A DNA stretch of 38,602 nucleotides from Candidatus Micrarchaeota archaeon. GTDB taxonomy: Archaea > B1Sed10-29 > JAJSAI01. The DNA lies in assembly GCA_964625085.1 (NCBI GenBank), contig CAZVAJ010000002.1:49347-87948 (forward strand). The letters run 5' to 3'. The notes below the pieces were generated by a model. That model was given only the letters and a program-made list of their open reading frames with translations. It did no database searches and was not told the DNA's origin. Shown piece by piece: positions 18,716-27,525 of this stretch; position 1 is the stretch's first letter, and each line of letters begins with the position of its first letter. The translations under genes and the position numbers were made by a program.

Positions 18716-19311
18716 GTTTCTTCAACTCCTGGTTGTGAAAGGGGGAAAGGATCAGTGGGACAAAATCCTCCTGTTTCAGGGACATAGAAGTGGTATTGTC
18801 CTGACGGGTTAGCTGGGTTCGTGTTCACTGCAATGCCTGGGATATACTGCTGGGAAAATTCTTCTTGAGACCCTGGCTTGCCGTCTTGCTCAGGGATAAC
18901 AAATCCTTGGCCTGCCCACGCGTCAAAGTCAATGCTTTCTGCTAGCCCACCGCCACCTTCAGGAGCTTGAGCATAGTAAACAGGATACCCTTCTTTTGTG
19001 TAACCCAATAGCCTTATCCTGACGACTGCTGTGTCATAAGCGTAAGAGTATGATTCTAGTTCTCCGTCTTGATCTTGGTCTACTGCAATGCTCGTGCCCG
19101 GGCCCCAGCCTGTTCCGCATTTACGGAAAAGTATCCTGCAGTTGGGCTTGGCGAGCATGTCTCCTGAATAATTAGCATAGATGGATTGTGTTTCGTTGAG
19201 CTGTTGTCTGACTGATATAACGCGGGATGCTGAAACAGCGTATACTGCGACCAGCATGAGGACTGCTACTATGAGGATTGTGTACTCAAAAGAGGACTGT
19301 CCTTTTTTCAT
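18706..19311 (-). CDS. Pilin-like protein (class III signal peptide)
   Basis: MKKG|QSSFEYTILIVAVLMLVAV; DQDQDGE possible Ca-binding loop. Confidence 0.88.
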   Translation of the reverse strand: MKKGQSSFEYTILIVAVLMLVAVYAVSASRVISVRQQLNETQSIYANYSGDMLAKPNCRILFRKCGTGWGPGTSIAVDQDQDGELESYSYAYDTAVVRIRLLGYTKEGYPVYYAQAPEGGGGLAESIDFDAWAGQGFVIPEQDGKPGSQEEFSQQYIPGIAVNTNPANPSGQYHFYVPETGGFCPTDPFPLSQPGVEETCA

Positions 19312-19315
19312 ATGC

Positions 19316-19483
19316 TCACTCTATCTGGATCGTTTTGTTGCGGTATAATTCTATTGTTCCTTTAATGTCGTTTTTCACGCCGAAGAGCCTGACCGCGAGC
19401 ATTGTCGCGATTGCTGCAATCATGAGCGCGACCGCGACCATGCTTAGGTACTCCAAGGATACCTGTGCTTTGTTGTCCATCAT
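19316..19483 (-). CDS. 55-aa micro-pilin (class III/DUF361-type signal; not in ORF track)
   Basis: Manual translation MMDNKA|QVSLEYLSMVAVALMIAAIATMLAVRLFGVKNDIKGTIELYRNKTIQIE*; GGAGGAG RBS, ATGA overlap with the upstream stop, fills the operon gap exactly. Confidence 0.85.
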   Translation of the reverse strand: MMDNKAQVSLEYLSMVAVALMIAAIATMLAVRLFGVKNDIKGTIELYRNKTIQIE

Positions 19484-22400
19484 TTACTCCTCCTGAACAT
19501 GATAAAAGCGAACAAGCCTGCCAGCCCGAACAACGCGATTTCAGGGTATTCTGGCAGGCCGCCTATCTGCTTGTACTCGCACTTCTGCTCGTCCGGGTTC
19601 CATGCACAGTTGCTGTTAGACTGGCATGCCTGTTCAGTGTAACAGTACCTGCAGTCTTCAGAGCATTTGCCTGGCTCTGGTTCTACAGCCATTTTAAGGG
19701 TGAAATAGTCTTCAGGAAATCCTTGTTCTGTTATCATACCGTTTATTGTGCCTGTTTTCCCGTACTCTCCTGGAGTGAACGCGAAATCTTGTTCAACAGT
19801 TCCTTGAGAATTTATCTGGACCTGGCTTGATCCAGGGGACACTGTGAAGTCTACTGAACTGAACTCAAGGTTGACTGTTTTATCATCTGGATAGTCGTTG
19901 TATGCCTGCACTGTGCACGTGACAGGCTGGTCTTTTTTCAGTCCCTTGCAGTTAACTGATTCTATTGACTGGCGCCCGTTCTTTATCTCTCCTGACCTGG
20001 TCACTGTGCAGTCAAGGGGATTTCCTTGCTGTGTGCAGGAAATGTCATACGCGATTACTCCTTCCCCTTCAGCCTGCTGGGCAAAAGAGCAGTTGAAGTC
20101 GCCTGACGTGCTCGCTGTGGTCTTGGTGTAAACATAGCAGTTCGTGCCGCTAACGTGGCACGTTGCAGTGTAAACAAAATCCTGTGCTTTGAAGCCAGAC
20201 AAAGGTATTGTGCACGTGCTGGTGCCTGCACTGCACTCGCTGGACTTGTCCTCTCCGTTCACTGTCACTTCCCAGTTCTCTACAGTGTCGCTTGGCACAG
20301 GTTCGCCTTTTTGGTCAGTGCATGTTAGCACAAGCTCTTGTATGTTAGTGTTGCAGGTTACCTGCGGTTGAACAAATGGTTCCACGTTTTCTTTCTTCTC
20401 GTTCACCGTGAACTGAGTTTCAGAAGAGCATCTCGCACCTGATTCTTTTCCAAACGCGTCTGCTCTGATAGTATATGTTCCATTTGCAGAGTACTGGTTT
20501 GACACTTTGATAGTGTCTCCGCTGTTTACTGTGACAGTTTTCGTGTTATCTCCTCCAAAGTCTACCGTGACTTCTCCTGGGGATCCTGTATCATCCTCGT
20601 AGTACACTTCGAACTCGACCGGTTGATCATAGCACGCGTATCCGGGAGGAGTGATCTCCAAGACGCATTTTGGTGCTTCTATTGTGCTAAAGCTCGTTTG
20701 CGCAAGACACATTGGTCCTGCCCTAACCACAGAAGAACCATCTTCTTTTGTGTCGTTAAGATCCCTGAACATGAACCAAGCCTGAGGATTAAACGTTTTC
20801 CCGTCCTCATCATACCTTGCCTTGAACACGCCGGAGTGAGTTCCAGGCTGAAGCAACTTTTTATCCATACTAGTACCACAAGAGCCTCCGAGAGAATAGT
20901 TTAGGCTCTTACCAGGCTTCTGGACAACAATCCATTCTTCTAACAGCGCGTTCCTGTAGGCATAAGAGTTTGGCTCGCATGCGCGCCAGCCAGTTTCCCC
21001 AAGGTTAACGCATGATGCTCCCCACACGTTCTCGTATTTGATTGTATCACTAACATCAGACTCGAACTTCCAGGATTCGTAAATGTCGTCGTCGTTCATG
21101 TCAAGCGCGATTTCGCTTCCAGGGCCGAGTCCATCATAAGATTCTGATATCTTGCAGTGTTTGTACTCGTTCACATTGTCTGCAATGAAGATTACATCAG
21201 CAGGTATCTCTGTTCCTTTCTTAGGAGAGTTGGTTATGTTCCCTTTTTGTTCTACTGTAAAACTAACTTCTCCTGTTCTAGTAACTCCTGCTGGCAGGTC
21301 TGGGGAAATAGTTCTTCCAAGAACGTACAAAAGGTCTTGGTCAGAGCATGATGAGTCAGAAAGCTTGTTTTCATTATAAACTGGAGTAACCTCAACAGAA
21401 TTCCAGATTACTTTGCTAGTATAACCTGAAAGGTCAAGATCGCCGGAAGAAGAAAGATACTTGTGAGAGTGACCTTGTTCTCCTGGTTGGACTGTGAATC
21501 TATCCCCTCCTTTCTTCTTCCATGAAGGATAGACTACCGCATCACCTGTCATACCCGATCTGGAAAAAGTCACGTTAATAGAGTAACTTGCAGTCTGCCC
21601 GTCTTCTGCACACACCATGTTATTCACTGTGAAGCTCACCTTGCAGGGGGGAAGCCATGACAATGCGACCAGTTTGTGATTGTCAAGAGCGGCAAGAACA
21701 TCTAGGTAACCGTCTTTGTCAACATCGTCCACTGCAATGCCCACGATTTCTGACCCGAGATCTTTTGATTCCCCTAAATATTCTAAGCCAGTCACATAAA
21801 CCCATTTCATAAAGTGAATTTTGTGATCTTCGCCGGCTGCTATTAGTTCATCATTTCCATCGCCATCAAGGTCCGCGGACGCGACAAGGCCTGTCACCGT
21901 GAAAGGAAGAGCATATTCCCACTTACATATTTTGTATGGCTCGCAGAGCGACTTGACTCCTGATTCTGGTACTTCTATCACCATCAGCTTAGACCCATCT
22001 TGTTTCACGACTGCCATGAAATAGTGGTTTGGGTAATCCTTTAGTATGAACTTGGCCATTGAAGAGTGAGAGTCATAATCTCCGGTAGAGTAAGATCCTA
22101 ATAGCTCAGCAGCAGCAAGCGGAATGCCTGCCGTGCTTTTAACATGCACTCTTCTCACGTAGAACTTGTCTCTCGCATATCCTGCAATGTCATAAACAAA
22201 GTCTTCGTCACTTGATCCGGCTGAGAGGTAAGGCATTGACATTAGCAGGGTCTCTTCTTTCCAGCTGGCTGCTGCAGACGCTTTGTCAGATGCCCACACT
22301 GCAGTGTAAGTAGTATTCTCTCCGCCTGCTTTCGTGAGCGAAAAAGCACCCATCTCAACTGTTCCAGGAGCTGCCTCAAAGTTTACATTTGACAAACGTC

Positions 22401-23886
22401 CAGACAAAGGAAGCTCATTGAGAATGACGTTCCCTGGATCATATGAGTTCATTTGACAGCCGTTTTTTGCAGAGAATATATTGAGGGTGTCCGGCCCAAA
22501 TAACCAGACCCTTGCACCTTTAACTTTTCCTATATCTTTGTAGACCACAAAATAGGCCCCAACTGCTCCGTGCTCAATGGGCACTATAGATGAGATATAA
22601 TGAAATTTATCAAGGGGGATTGTTTCATCGCCACACGCACTTTGATCTATCTTAGAAATAATATGAAGTCCTGAATCTGCTTTCCAAGGTTCCTCCACGT
22701 AAGCCATCTGAGTGGGAGGATCGAATGAAGTAGAAAAATCATTGTAAGAGTAAAAAAGTGAAAGGGCTTGACTCTCGGAAGCAGGAATGAACGCCATATA
22801 CTTAAGTGCAGGATCGTCCTTCTGGGCATTAAATTCTGTTGACGGGCTCAGAGGTTTATTGTACTCTTCCATACACTTCTCATAAGTTATGTATAACCCT
22901 GATACTGATCTTTTGTCTGTATATGGAACAAACTCTATCTCGCGCAGAATATCGCCAGTAGTGCCATCTATCACTGCAATCTTGTGAATTGCCTTAAACG
23001 TTTCTGATTTTGAAAGTGTGTATCCCCTCACAAAACCGGAGGGTGGAGAACATTGGCCTGTTTTTATAGTATCCGTTCTTGAGTATCCCTCATAAACTGC
23101 GATTAAATTTTTGTTAGACTCTGGTTCAACGAAAGAGATTGGCGTGACCCACCTAGTAACTCCTTCTGGTGATCCGCTGAGCTGAACTTCCCAGAGCTTG
23201 TTAACGCTCGTGCTTGAAAAAGCGTCTGCGGTTATTCCTCCTCCTGAACCCCAAGAGGAACTTCTTCTTATGTTTGAGTCGCCGTAAGAGTTGTGATTAG
23301 GATGGGTCCAGCCTTCTTCTTCCAGAGAATGGCACATGCAGTCAGAACCGCAGAATCCAGTAGAACAGTCAGAGTCAGAGGAACATTCTCCTATAAGAAA
23401 AGACCTTGTTTTTGTGTCTTTGTTGGCACAATACGCTGTAGCTGTAGCACCTAACCATTGGGCACATGCTGCTCCCGCATACATCCCGACGGTAAACTCT
23501 TCCCCATAGTACGATTCCCCTTCAGGAACTACAAACTCATCTGTTCTAGTCAAGTAGCACTTTGTACCAGAACATGACTGGTAAGTATACTTTGTTGTCT
23601 TCAACCAACCGTCTGTGCTCGTCAGTTTTACGCCTCCGCACGAAAAACAAACACCTGTTCCAGGGAGATCAGCCACACATCCTTTGGAACTTACAACAGC
23701 CCCGATGGGTATGTCCTTTATCTCTAACCCAGTATTACTAGCAAGGAGTGTTTCTCCTCCTTTCACGCATGCTCCAGCAGGAAGACTCGCTCCATTACGT
23801 TTGACATCAAACCCCTTAATGTCAGATGTTATAGCAAATGAAAAAGATGCTAACAACAAAAGCAATATCAAAGATTTGATATTCAC
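19480..23886 (-). CDS. Large (1468 aa) secreted surface protein with FG-GAP/VCBS-like repeats, PKD-like domain and PEF-CTERM-like sorting signal
   Basis: GTG start (GGAGG RBS), Sec signal, many Cys pairs, ADLDGDGNDELI and DDVDKDGYLDVL, VDFGGD...YSANGTYTI, C-terminal LPEYPEIALFGLAGLFAFIMFRRSK. Confidence 0.85.
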   Translation of the reverse strand: MNIKSLILLLLLASFSFAITSDIKGFDVKRNGASLPAGACVKGGETLLASNTGLEIKDIPIGAVVSSKGCVADLPGTGVCFSCGGVKLTSTDGWLKTTKYTYQSCSGTKCYLTRTDEFVVPEGESYYGEEFTVGMYAGAACAQWLGATATAYCANKDTKTRSFLIGECSSDSDCSTGFCGSDCMCHSLEEEGWTHPNHNSYGDSNIRRSSSWGSGGGITADAFSSTSVNKLWEVQLSGSPEGVTRWVTPISFVEPESNKNLIAVYEGYSRTDTIKTGQCSPPSGFVRGYTLSKSETFKAIHKIAVIDGTTGDILREIEFVPYTDKRSVSGLYITYEKCMEEYNKPLSPSTEFNAQKDDPALKYMAFIPASESQALSLFYSYNDFSTSFDPPTQMAYVEEPWKADSGLHIISKIDQSACGDETIPLDKFHYISSIVPIEHGAVGAYFVVYKDIGKVKGARVWLFGPDTLNIFSAKNGCQMNSYDPGNVILNELPLSGRLSNVNFEAAPGTVEMGAFSLTKAGGENTTYTAVWASDKASAAASWKEETLLMSMPYLSAGSSDEDFVYDIAGYARDKFYVRRVHVKSTAGIPLAAAELLGSYSTGDYDSHSSMAKFILKDYPNHYFMAVVKQDGSKLMVIEVPESGVKSLCEPYKICKWEYALPFTVTGLVASADLDGDGNDELIAAGEDHKIHFMKWVYVTGLEYLGESKDLGSEIVGIAVDDVDKDGYLDVLAALDNHKLVALSWLPPCKVSFTVNNMVCAEDGQTASYSINVTFSRSGMTGDAVVYPSWKKKGGDRFTVQPGEQGHSHKYLSSSGDLDLSGYTSKVIWNSVEVTPVYNENKLSDSSCSDQDLLYVLGRTISPDLPAGVTRTGEVSFTVEQKGNITNSPKKGTEIPADVIFIADNVNEYKHCKISESYDGLGPGSEIALDMNDDDIYESWKFESDVSDTIKYENVWGASCVNLGETGWRACEPNSYAYRNALLEEWIVVQKPGKSLNYSLGGSCGTSMDKKLLQPGTHSGVFKARYDEDGKTFNPQAWFMFRDLNDTKEDGSSVVRAGPMCLAQTSFSTIEAPKCVLEITPPGYACYDQPVEFEVYYEDDTGSPGEVTVDFGGDNTKTVTVNSGDTIKVSNQYSANGTYTIRADAFGKESGARCSSETQFTVNEKKENVEPFVQPQVTCNTNIQELVLTCTDQKGEPVPSDTVENWEVTVNGEDKSSECSAGTSTCTIPLSGFKAQDFVYTATCHVSGTNCYVYTKTTASTSGDFNCSFAQQAEGEGVIAYDISCTQQGNPLDCTVTRSGEIKNGRQSIESVNCKGLKKDQPVTCTVQAYNDYPDDKTVNLEFSSVDFTVSPGSSQVQINSQGTVEQDFAFTPGEYGKTGTINGMITEQGFPEDYFTLKMAVEPEPGKCSEDCRYCYTEQACQSNSNCAWNPDEQKCEYKQIGGLPEYPEIALFGLAGLFAFIMFRRSK

Positions 23887-25616
23887 TTCTTTCGACCTCC
23901 ACTTTTTTGATAAACTTCCTTTATTCTCTTATCGGCTTCACGTATGTTAGCACGAAGTGCACGAATAAAAAGATCATAATCTTTTTTTGTTTTTACTTTC
24001 TTTACTCTCTTCTTAGTTTTTAATTGTCTTGCTTTGTATATTCCTTCTTCACCTGCTTTTCCTGCCAGTCCGCCTATTCCAAACCCAGAAATCGCGTATG
24101 TGCTTATGGGCACTAGGAGAGGCATTGGAGCGAAAAGAGCTGCTTGAGAAAGAACTAACACTGTTCCGGCAGTTGTCCCAGCCGCCCCGCCTATCAGTGC
24201 TCCTTTTTCAATCCTCTTATTCAGCTCCTCAGCTTCTTCTGGAGTAAGCCCGAAGTACGCTTTGAATTGTTTGGTATTAGTAAGCTCTTTCGGCATCTTG
24301 CCGTTCAGGATATCTTTCTTGTTCTTTTCCACTAGTTCTAAGAGTTTTTGGTTGAATTCCTTGAACGCTTGTAGTCTTTTAGAGCTTCCTGCAAGCGTTA
24401 TTCCAGAAGCGATTTTAACAGCTTGTTTTTCTCTGCGTATTTTCTCAAGGTCTCTTTGGAGCAGCCTGCCTTCTGCTTCACCTGCTCTTTGTATTCCTTC
24501 AAGCAAAAGATCGGTCTGCCCGTTTTCTATCATTCTCCGTATCTCTGCAAGGGCTGCTTTTGACGGTTTTACCCCGAACCGTTTCTGGAACGCTTCAGGA
24601 TTTTTCAGAAATTCAGGGACTTCTCCCCTTTCCAGCCGTGCTCTTGCAAAAACCATTTCTCTTTGGAACACGTCAAGCTTCCTTTTGCTCTTCCCTAACT
24701 CTGCGAATGGTTTCTCCACGCGCATTCCTGCAAGACCTTCTTCTAGTTCACTGGTTTTACCAGATCTTGCCATGAGTATAATGCTCTCAAGTTCTTCTGC
24801 AGTTGGAGTTACCCCGAACTTCTTAGCAAACTGTTCAGGACTGGTCAAAGATCTTGGGAGTTTTTGCCCTGATTCTGCTTTTCTCATGTCCTTCAAAAGT
24901 TTTTTCAGCGCACGGGGGTTTGAGGCAAAACTTGTGTACAATAAAGAGCCTGGAACGCCGAACATTTCTGCTGTGGCAAGCTCTCCTCTTTCCGCGCCTG
25001 CCGGAGGAACAGAAATTTTTTCAGGCGCAGTGCGCAGCACTTTTTCAAGTTCTCCTCTTGTAGCCCTGATTCCTCTGAGGAGAGCGTCCTTGTCCTTAGC
25101 CAATGCTATTGATTTTTTTATTACCGCGAACTCTTCTGCTGATACTTCCTTGTTTATAACGTGGGATAGTTGTTTCCTGCTGGTCAGCGAGTCTGCTATT
25201 TCTTTCATGCTCGCGGTCTTGAGAAAACCGTGAACCTTGTTCAGGGTGTCTACCCTTGACCTGAGAAGTCTTTCTTCCTCTGGTGAAGAAACTTCTTTCA
25301 AGGCTGCAAGACCTGTGCCCTTTATGATTATCCTCTTTATTTTTTGTATGTTATCCAGTTTCGTTTGAGTTATCGGCGTCAGTTTTGGGGTTTTCATTTG
25401 CCTCTCTTTCTCTGCAATAAGCCGGTCTGTTTCTTTCCACCTCTTGAGCGCTTTTTTAGACTCTTCAACCGCTTTTGATAATTTGGTTTCTTCTTTTGGA
25501 ACGGTTAGCCTGTCCTTCAATTCAGGGGCTTTCTGCTTAGGCCTAGAAATCCTGTCAGTGCGCATTCCTACCGGTATTTTTATAAATTTCTTCTTGGCTT
25601 TTTTTGGTTTTGCCAT
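23883..25616 (-). CDS. Hypothetical basic helical repeat protein with a C-terminal Gly/Ala-rich hydrophobic hairpin
   Basis: 577 aa, Lys/Arg-rich, no N-terminal signal peptide, four degenerate internal repeats, hydrophobic segment ALIGGAAGTTAG...GFGIGGLAG. Confidence 0.8.
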   Translation of the reverse strand: MAKPKKAKKKFIKIPVGMRTDRISRPKQKAPELKDRLTVPKEETKLSKAVEESKKALKRWKETDRLIAEKERQMKTPKLTPITQTKLDNIQKIKRIIIKGTGLAALKEVSSPEEERLLRSRVDTLNKVHGFLKTASMKEIADSLTSRKQLSHVINKEVSAEEFAVIKKSIALAKDKDALLRGIRATRGELEKVLRTAPEKISVPPAGAERGELATAEMFGVPGSLLYTSFASNPRALKKLLKDMRKAESGQKLPRSLTSPEQFAKKFGVTPTAEELESIILMARSGKTSELEEGLAGMRVEKPFAELGKSKRKLDVFQREMVFARARLERGEVPEFLKNPEAFQKRFGVKPSKAALAEIRRMIENGQTDLLLEGIQRAGEAEGRLLQRDLEKIRREKQAVKIASGITLAGSSKRLQAFKEFNQKLLELVEKNKKDILNGKMPKELTNTKQFKAYFGLTPEEAEELNKRIEKGALIGGAAGTTAGTVLVLSQAALFAPMPLLVPISTYAISGFGIGGLAGKAGEEGIYKARQLKTKKRVKKVKTKKDYDLFIRALRANIREADKRIKEVYQKSGGRKK

Positions 25617-25637
25617 TGGCTATAATAACACGCTACT

Positions 25638-25653
25638 GTTTTAAATAACTTTC
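25638..25653 (-). promoter_or_regulatory. BRE-TATA promoter, probably driving a leaderless transcript from ATG 25616
   Basis: Minus strand GAAAGTTATTTAAAAC, with the TATA about 25-27 nt upstream of the ATG and no RBS; overlaps the peptidase stop. Confidence 0.55.
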
Positions 25654-26660
25654 AACACACTGTAAAAAGAGAGAAGCACTGCGCTCAAGAGCAATCCCAG
25701 TGCAAACACTGGCACGAACGGGATACTGATCTTTTCTTCGAACCACCCAAGCTTGCCTTGTGCGTGCAGTTTTTTTATTTCCTTTGCTTGTTCTTGAGTG
25801 AGGCCTGCTGCGCTCCTTGAGTCTGCAATCAGCCTGCCTGCATGTTTTCTGAGTCCGAACAAGCTAGGCTCTGTTGCCATGATCCTGCCGTTAGGCAGGA
25901 GCCAGTAGTCTTTCGCGGGAATCATGCCCTCCTGCACGTTTCCGGCAGAGATCTTCTTCCGGAGCACTGTTTTTCTGGCAGTCTGGAACGAAACACTGAA
26001 CAATACGAACAAAGCAGAGGCAAGAAGTGAATACGTGAGAAGTAAAAGAGTGCTCTCTGGATCCTGGTAAAAAGAGTAAAAAAAGACTGCTGGCACTATG
26101 AACAAGTTGAGCTTTTTCGTGTAGTACATTGCGGGCACGAGCACGAAAGAAGCGTAGGGAATGCCCGTCCAGTCTGAAAGGGTTACTCCTGCGAACAAGA
26201 TGAATCCTGAAAGCCAAGACTGCACAGGCACTTCACGCAGGCTTCCTGCAAACTCTTTTCTCACGCTCTTCTTCCTGAACCCGAAAAGAACGTAGAGCAG
26301 GAGAAATGGGAATACTGCGAGCGCGCTCGCAGCCAGCGCAATGAAAGGAAAGAACATTACCCCAGAGTACGCTGGGAGCACTGCGCCCAAGCCAGTGAAC
26401 AGTTTCACGTCTCCTCCTGCCCACGCGCCCAGCCTGTACAAGGCGTAGGCAAAAGCAAAGCAGAGAGCAAGCATTCCTGTGCTCAATAAAATAGGGAGAA
26501 TGCTTTGTAATGCGAGCGCTTCAGCTCCTGAGAGCACGAAACCTGAAACCGCGAGCAAGAATGGAATCCAGTCGCTTATTTCCCTGGTCCGCAGGTCCTG
26601 AGCGCTTGCTATCCCAAAGAATGTGAGCGCTGCCAGCAGTCTGAGCACTTCAAACTCCAT
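25641..26660 (-). CDS. A24 prepilin peptidase, EppA-like
   Basis: Catalytic D motifs QDLRTREISD and GAWAGGDVKL, extra TM segments, V-x-EGMIP, C-terminal PFVP; adjacent substrates carry +1 Gln. Confidence 0.92.
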   Translation of the reverse strand: MEFEVLRLLAALTFFGIASAQDLRTREISDWIPFLLAVSGFVLSGAEALALQSILPILLSTGMLALCFAFAYALYRLGAWAGGDVKLFTGLGAVLPAYSGVMFFPFIALAASALAVFPFLLLYVLFGFRKKSVRKEFAGSLREVPVQSWLSGFILFAGVTLSDWTGIPYASFVLVPAMYYTKKLNLFIVPAVFFYSFYQDPESTLLLLTYSLLASALFVLFSVSFQTARKTVLRKKISAGNVQEGMIPAKDYWLLPNGRIMATEPSLFGLRKHAGRLIADSRSAAGLTQEQAKEIKKLHAQGKLGWFEEKISIPFVPVFALGLLLSAVLLSFYSVLKVI

Positions 26661-26665
26661 GGTCT

Positions 26666-26692
26666 AAAAATCAGGAAAAAGAGTTAAAAAAA
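26666..26692 (-). terminator. Oligo-T archaeal terminator after the major pilin pair
   Basis: Minus-strand T7, T5 and T5 runs immediately downstream of the stop at 26702. Confidence 0.55.
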
Positions 26693-26701
26693 GAGGTGGT
26701 T

Positions 26702-27064
26702 TTACAGTCCGTAGTAGATTTCTGAGATATTTCCATGCGCGCAGTAGTAACACGCGGATCCCACAGTCGTCCTGCAGTTGGCTGTGGTCAGTTGAGTGCC
26801 TGACATTATGTCAACATTTCCTTTTGACTCGTCTGTGCATGCGTCAAGACACATTGCACTGCAGTCCGCGCTCTGGTCTACTGCAAGCTTAAGCTTGCAC
26901 TGGCTTGCTGCATTCTGGCAGTTGGCTGCAATGTTCCTTCCTTGGCCTGATGAGGCGGAGATGGTAAGAAAATATACTACCAGGGCCGCGATTGTGAGCA
27001 CTCCTGCGATTATGATCAGGTACTCTAAGGCTCCTTGTCCCTTCCTTCTCTTAAAGTTTATCAT
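26702..27064 (-). CDS. Probable major pilin B (8 Cys)
   Basis: MINFKRRKG|QGALEYLIIIAGVLTIAALVVYFL; GAGGTGA RBS; paralog of 27077-27460. Confidence 0.9.
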   Translation of the reverse strand: MINFKRRKGQGALEYLIIIAGVLTIAALVVYFLTISASSGQGRNIAANCQNAASQCKLKLAVDQSADCSAMCLDACTDESKGNVDIMSGTQLTTANCRTTVGSACYYCAHGNISEIYYGL

Positions 27065-27439
27065 CCGCTGTCACCTCTAGATCAAGTACTTTATTTGGTC
27101 TGCTCTTCCTGCAGAACAGTAATCACACGCGTTACTTGGATTGTCTTTATCGCAGGACACACTGCCTGGGTCAGTAAGATCGTAGGTAGTGTCCACGTCC
27201 ATTATGTCTGCGTTGCCCTTCTGCGGGTCAGAACATGCTTTTGCGCATTCATAAGAACAGTCATAGTTGGAACCATACAACTGCAGGTTTTGATCGCACT
27301 TTGCAGCCATGTTCCTGCAGCTTTCTGCAAGGCTCTGTGCCCTGCCGCTTGTTCCGCCGCTCGTGAGAAACATTACGACTATAGCCGCGATCGCAAGTAC
27401 TCCTGCGATTATGATCAGGTACTCTAAGGCTCCTTGTCC
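27000..27439. repeat. 41-bp perfect direct repeat (27000-27040 and 27399-27439) in the two pilin N-termini
   Basis: actcctgcgattatgatcaggtactctaaggctccttgtcc occurs identically in both genes. Confidence 0.9.
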
Positions 27440-27460
27440 TTTCCTATTTTTTCCAATCAT
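27077..27460 (-). CDS. Probable major pilin A (8 Cys)
   Basis: MIGKNRKG|QGALEYLIIIAGVLAIAAIVVMFL; strong GAGGTGGTGA RBS; own promoter upstream. Confidence 0.9.
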   Translation of the reverse strand: MIGKNRKGQGALEYLIIIAGVLAIAAIVVMFLTSGGTSGRAQSLAESCRNMAAKCDQNLQLYGSNYDCSYECAKACSDPQKGNADIMDVDTTYDLTDPGSVSCDKDNPSNACDYCSAGRADQIKYLI

Positions 27461-27500
27461 TTTTTCACCACCTCTTGGTTGTTTTACAAAGGGTTAACAT

Positions 27501-27516
27501 TATTTATATAACTTTC
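27501..27516 (-). promoter_or_regulatory. Strong BRE-TATA promoter for the pilin pair
   Basis: Minus strand GAAAGTTATATAAATA about 40 nt upstream of ATG 27460. Confidence 0.7.
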
Positions 27517-27525
27517 TGTAGTGGT

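Noticed and set aside
24262..25233. 323-aa + strand ORF
   Set aside because: Antisense to the 577-aa gene, Ser/Phe-rich shadow composition, no RBS or motifs.
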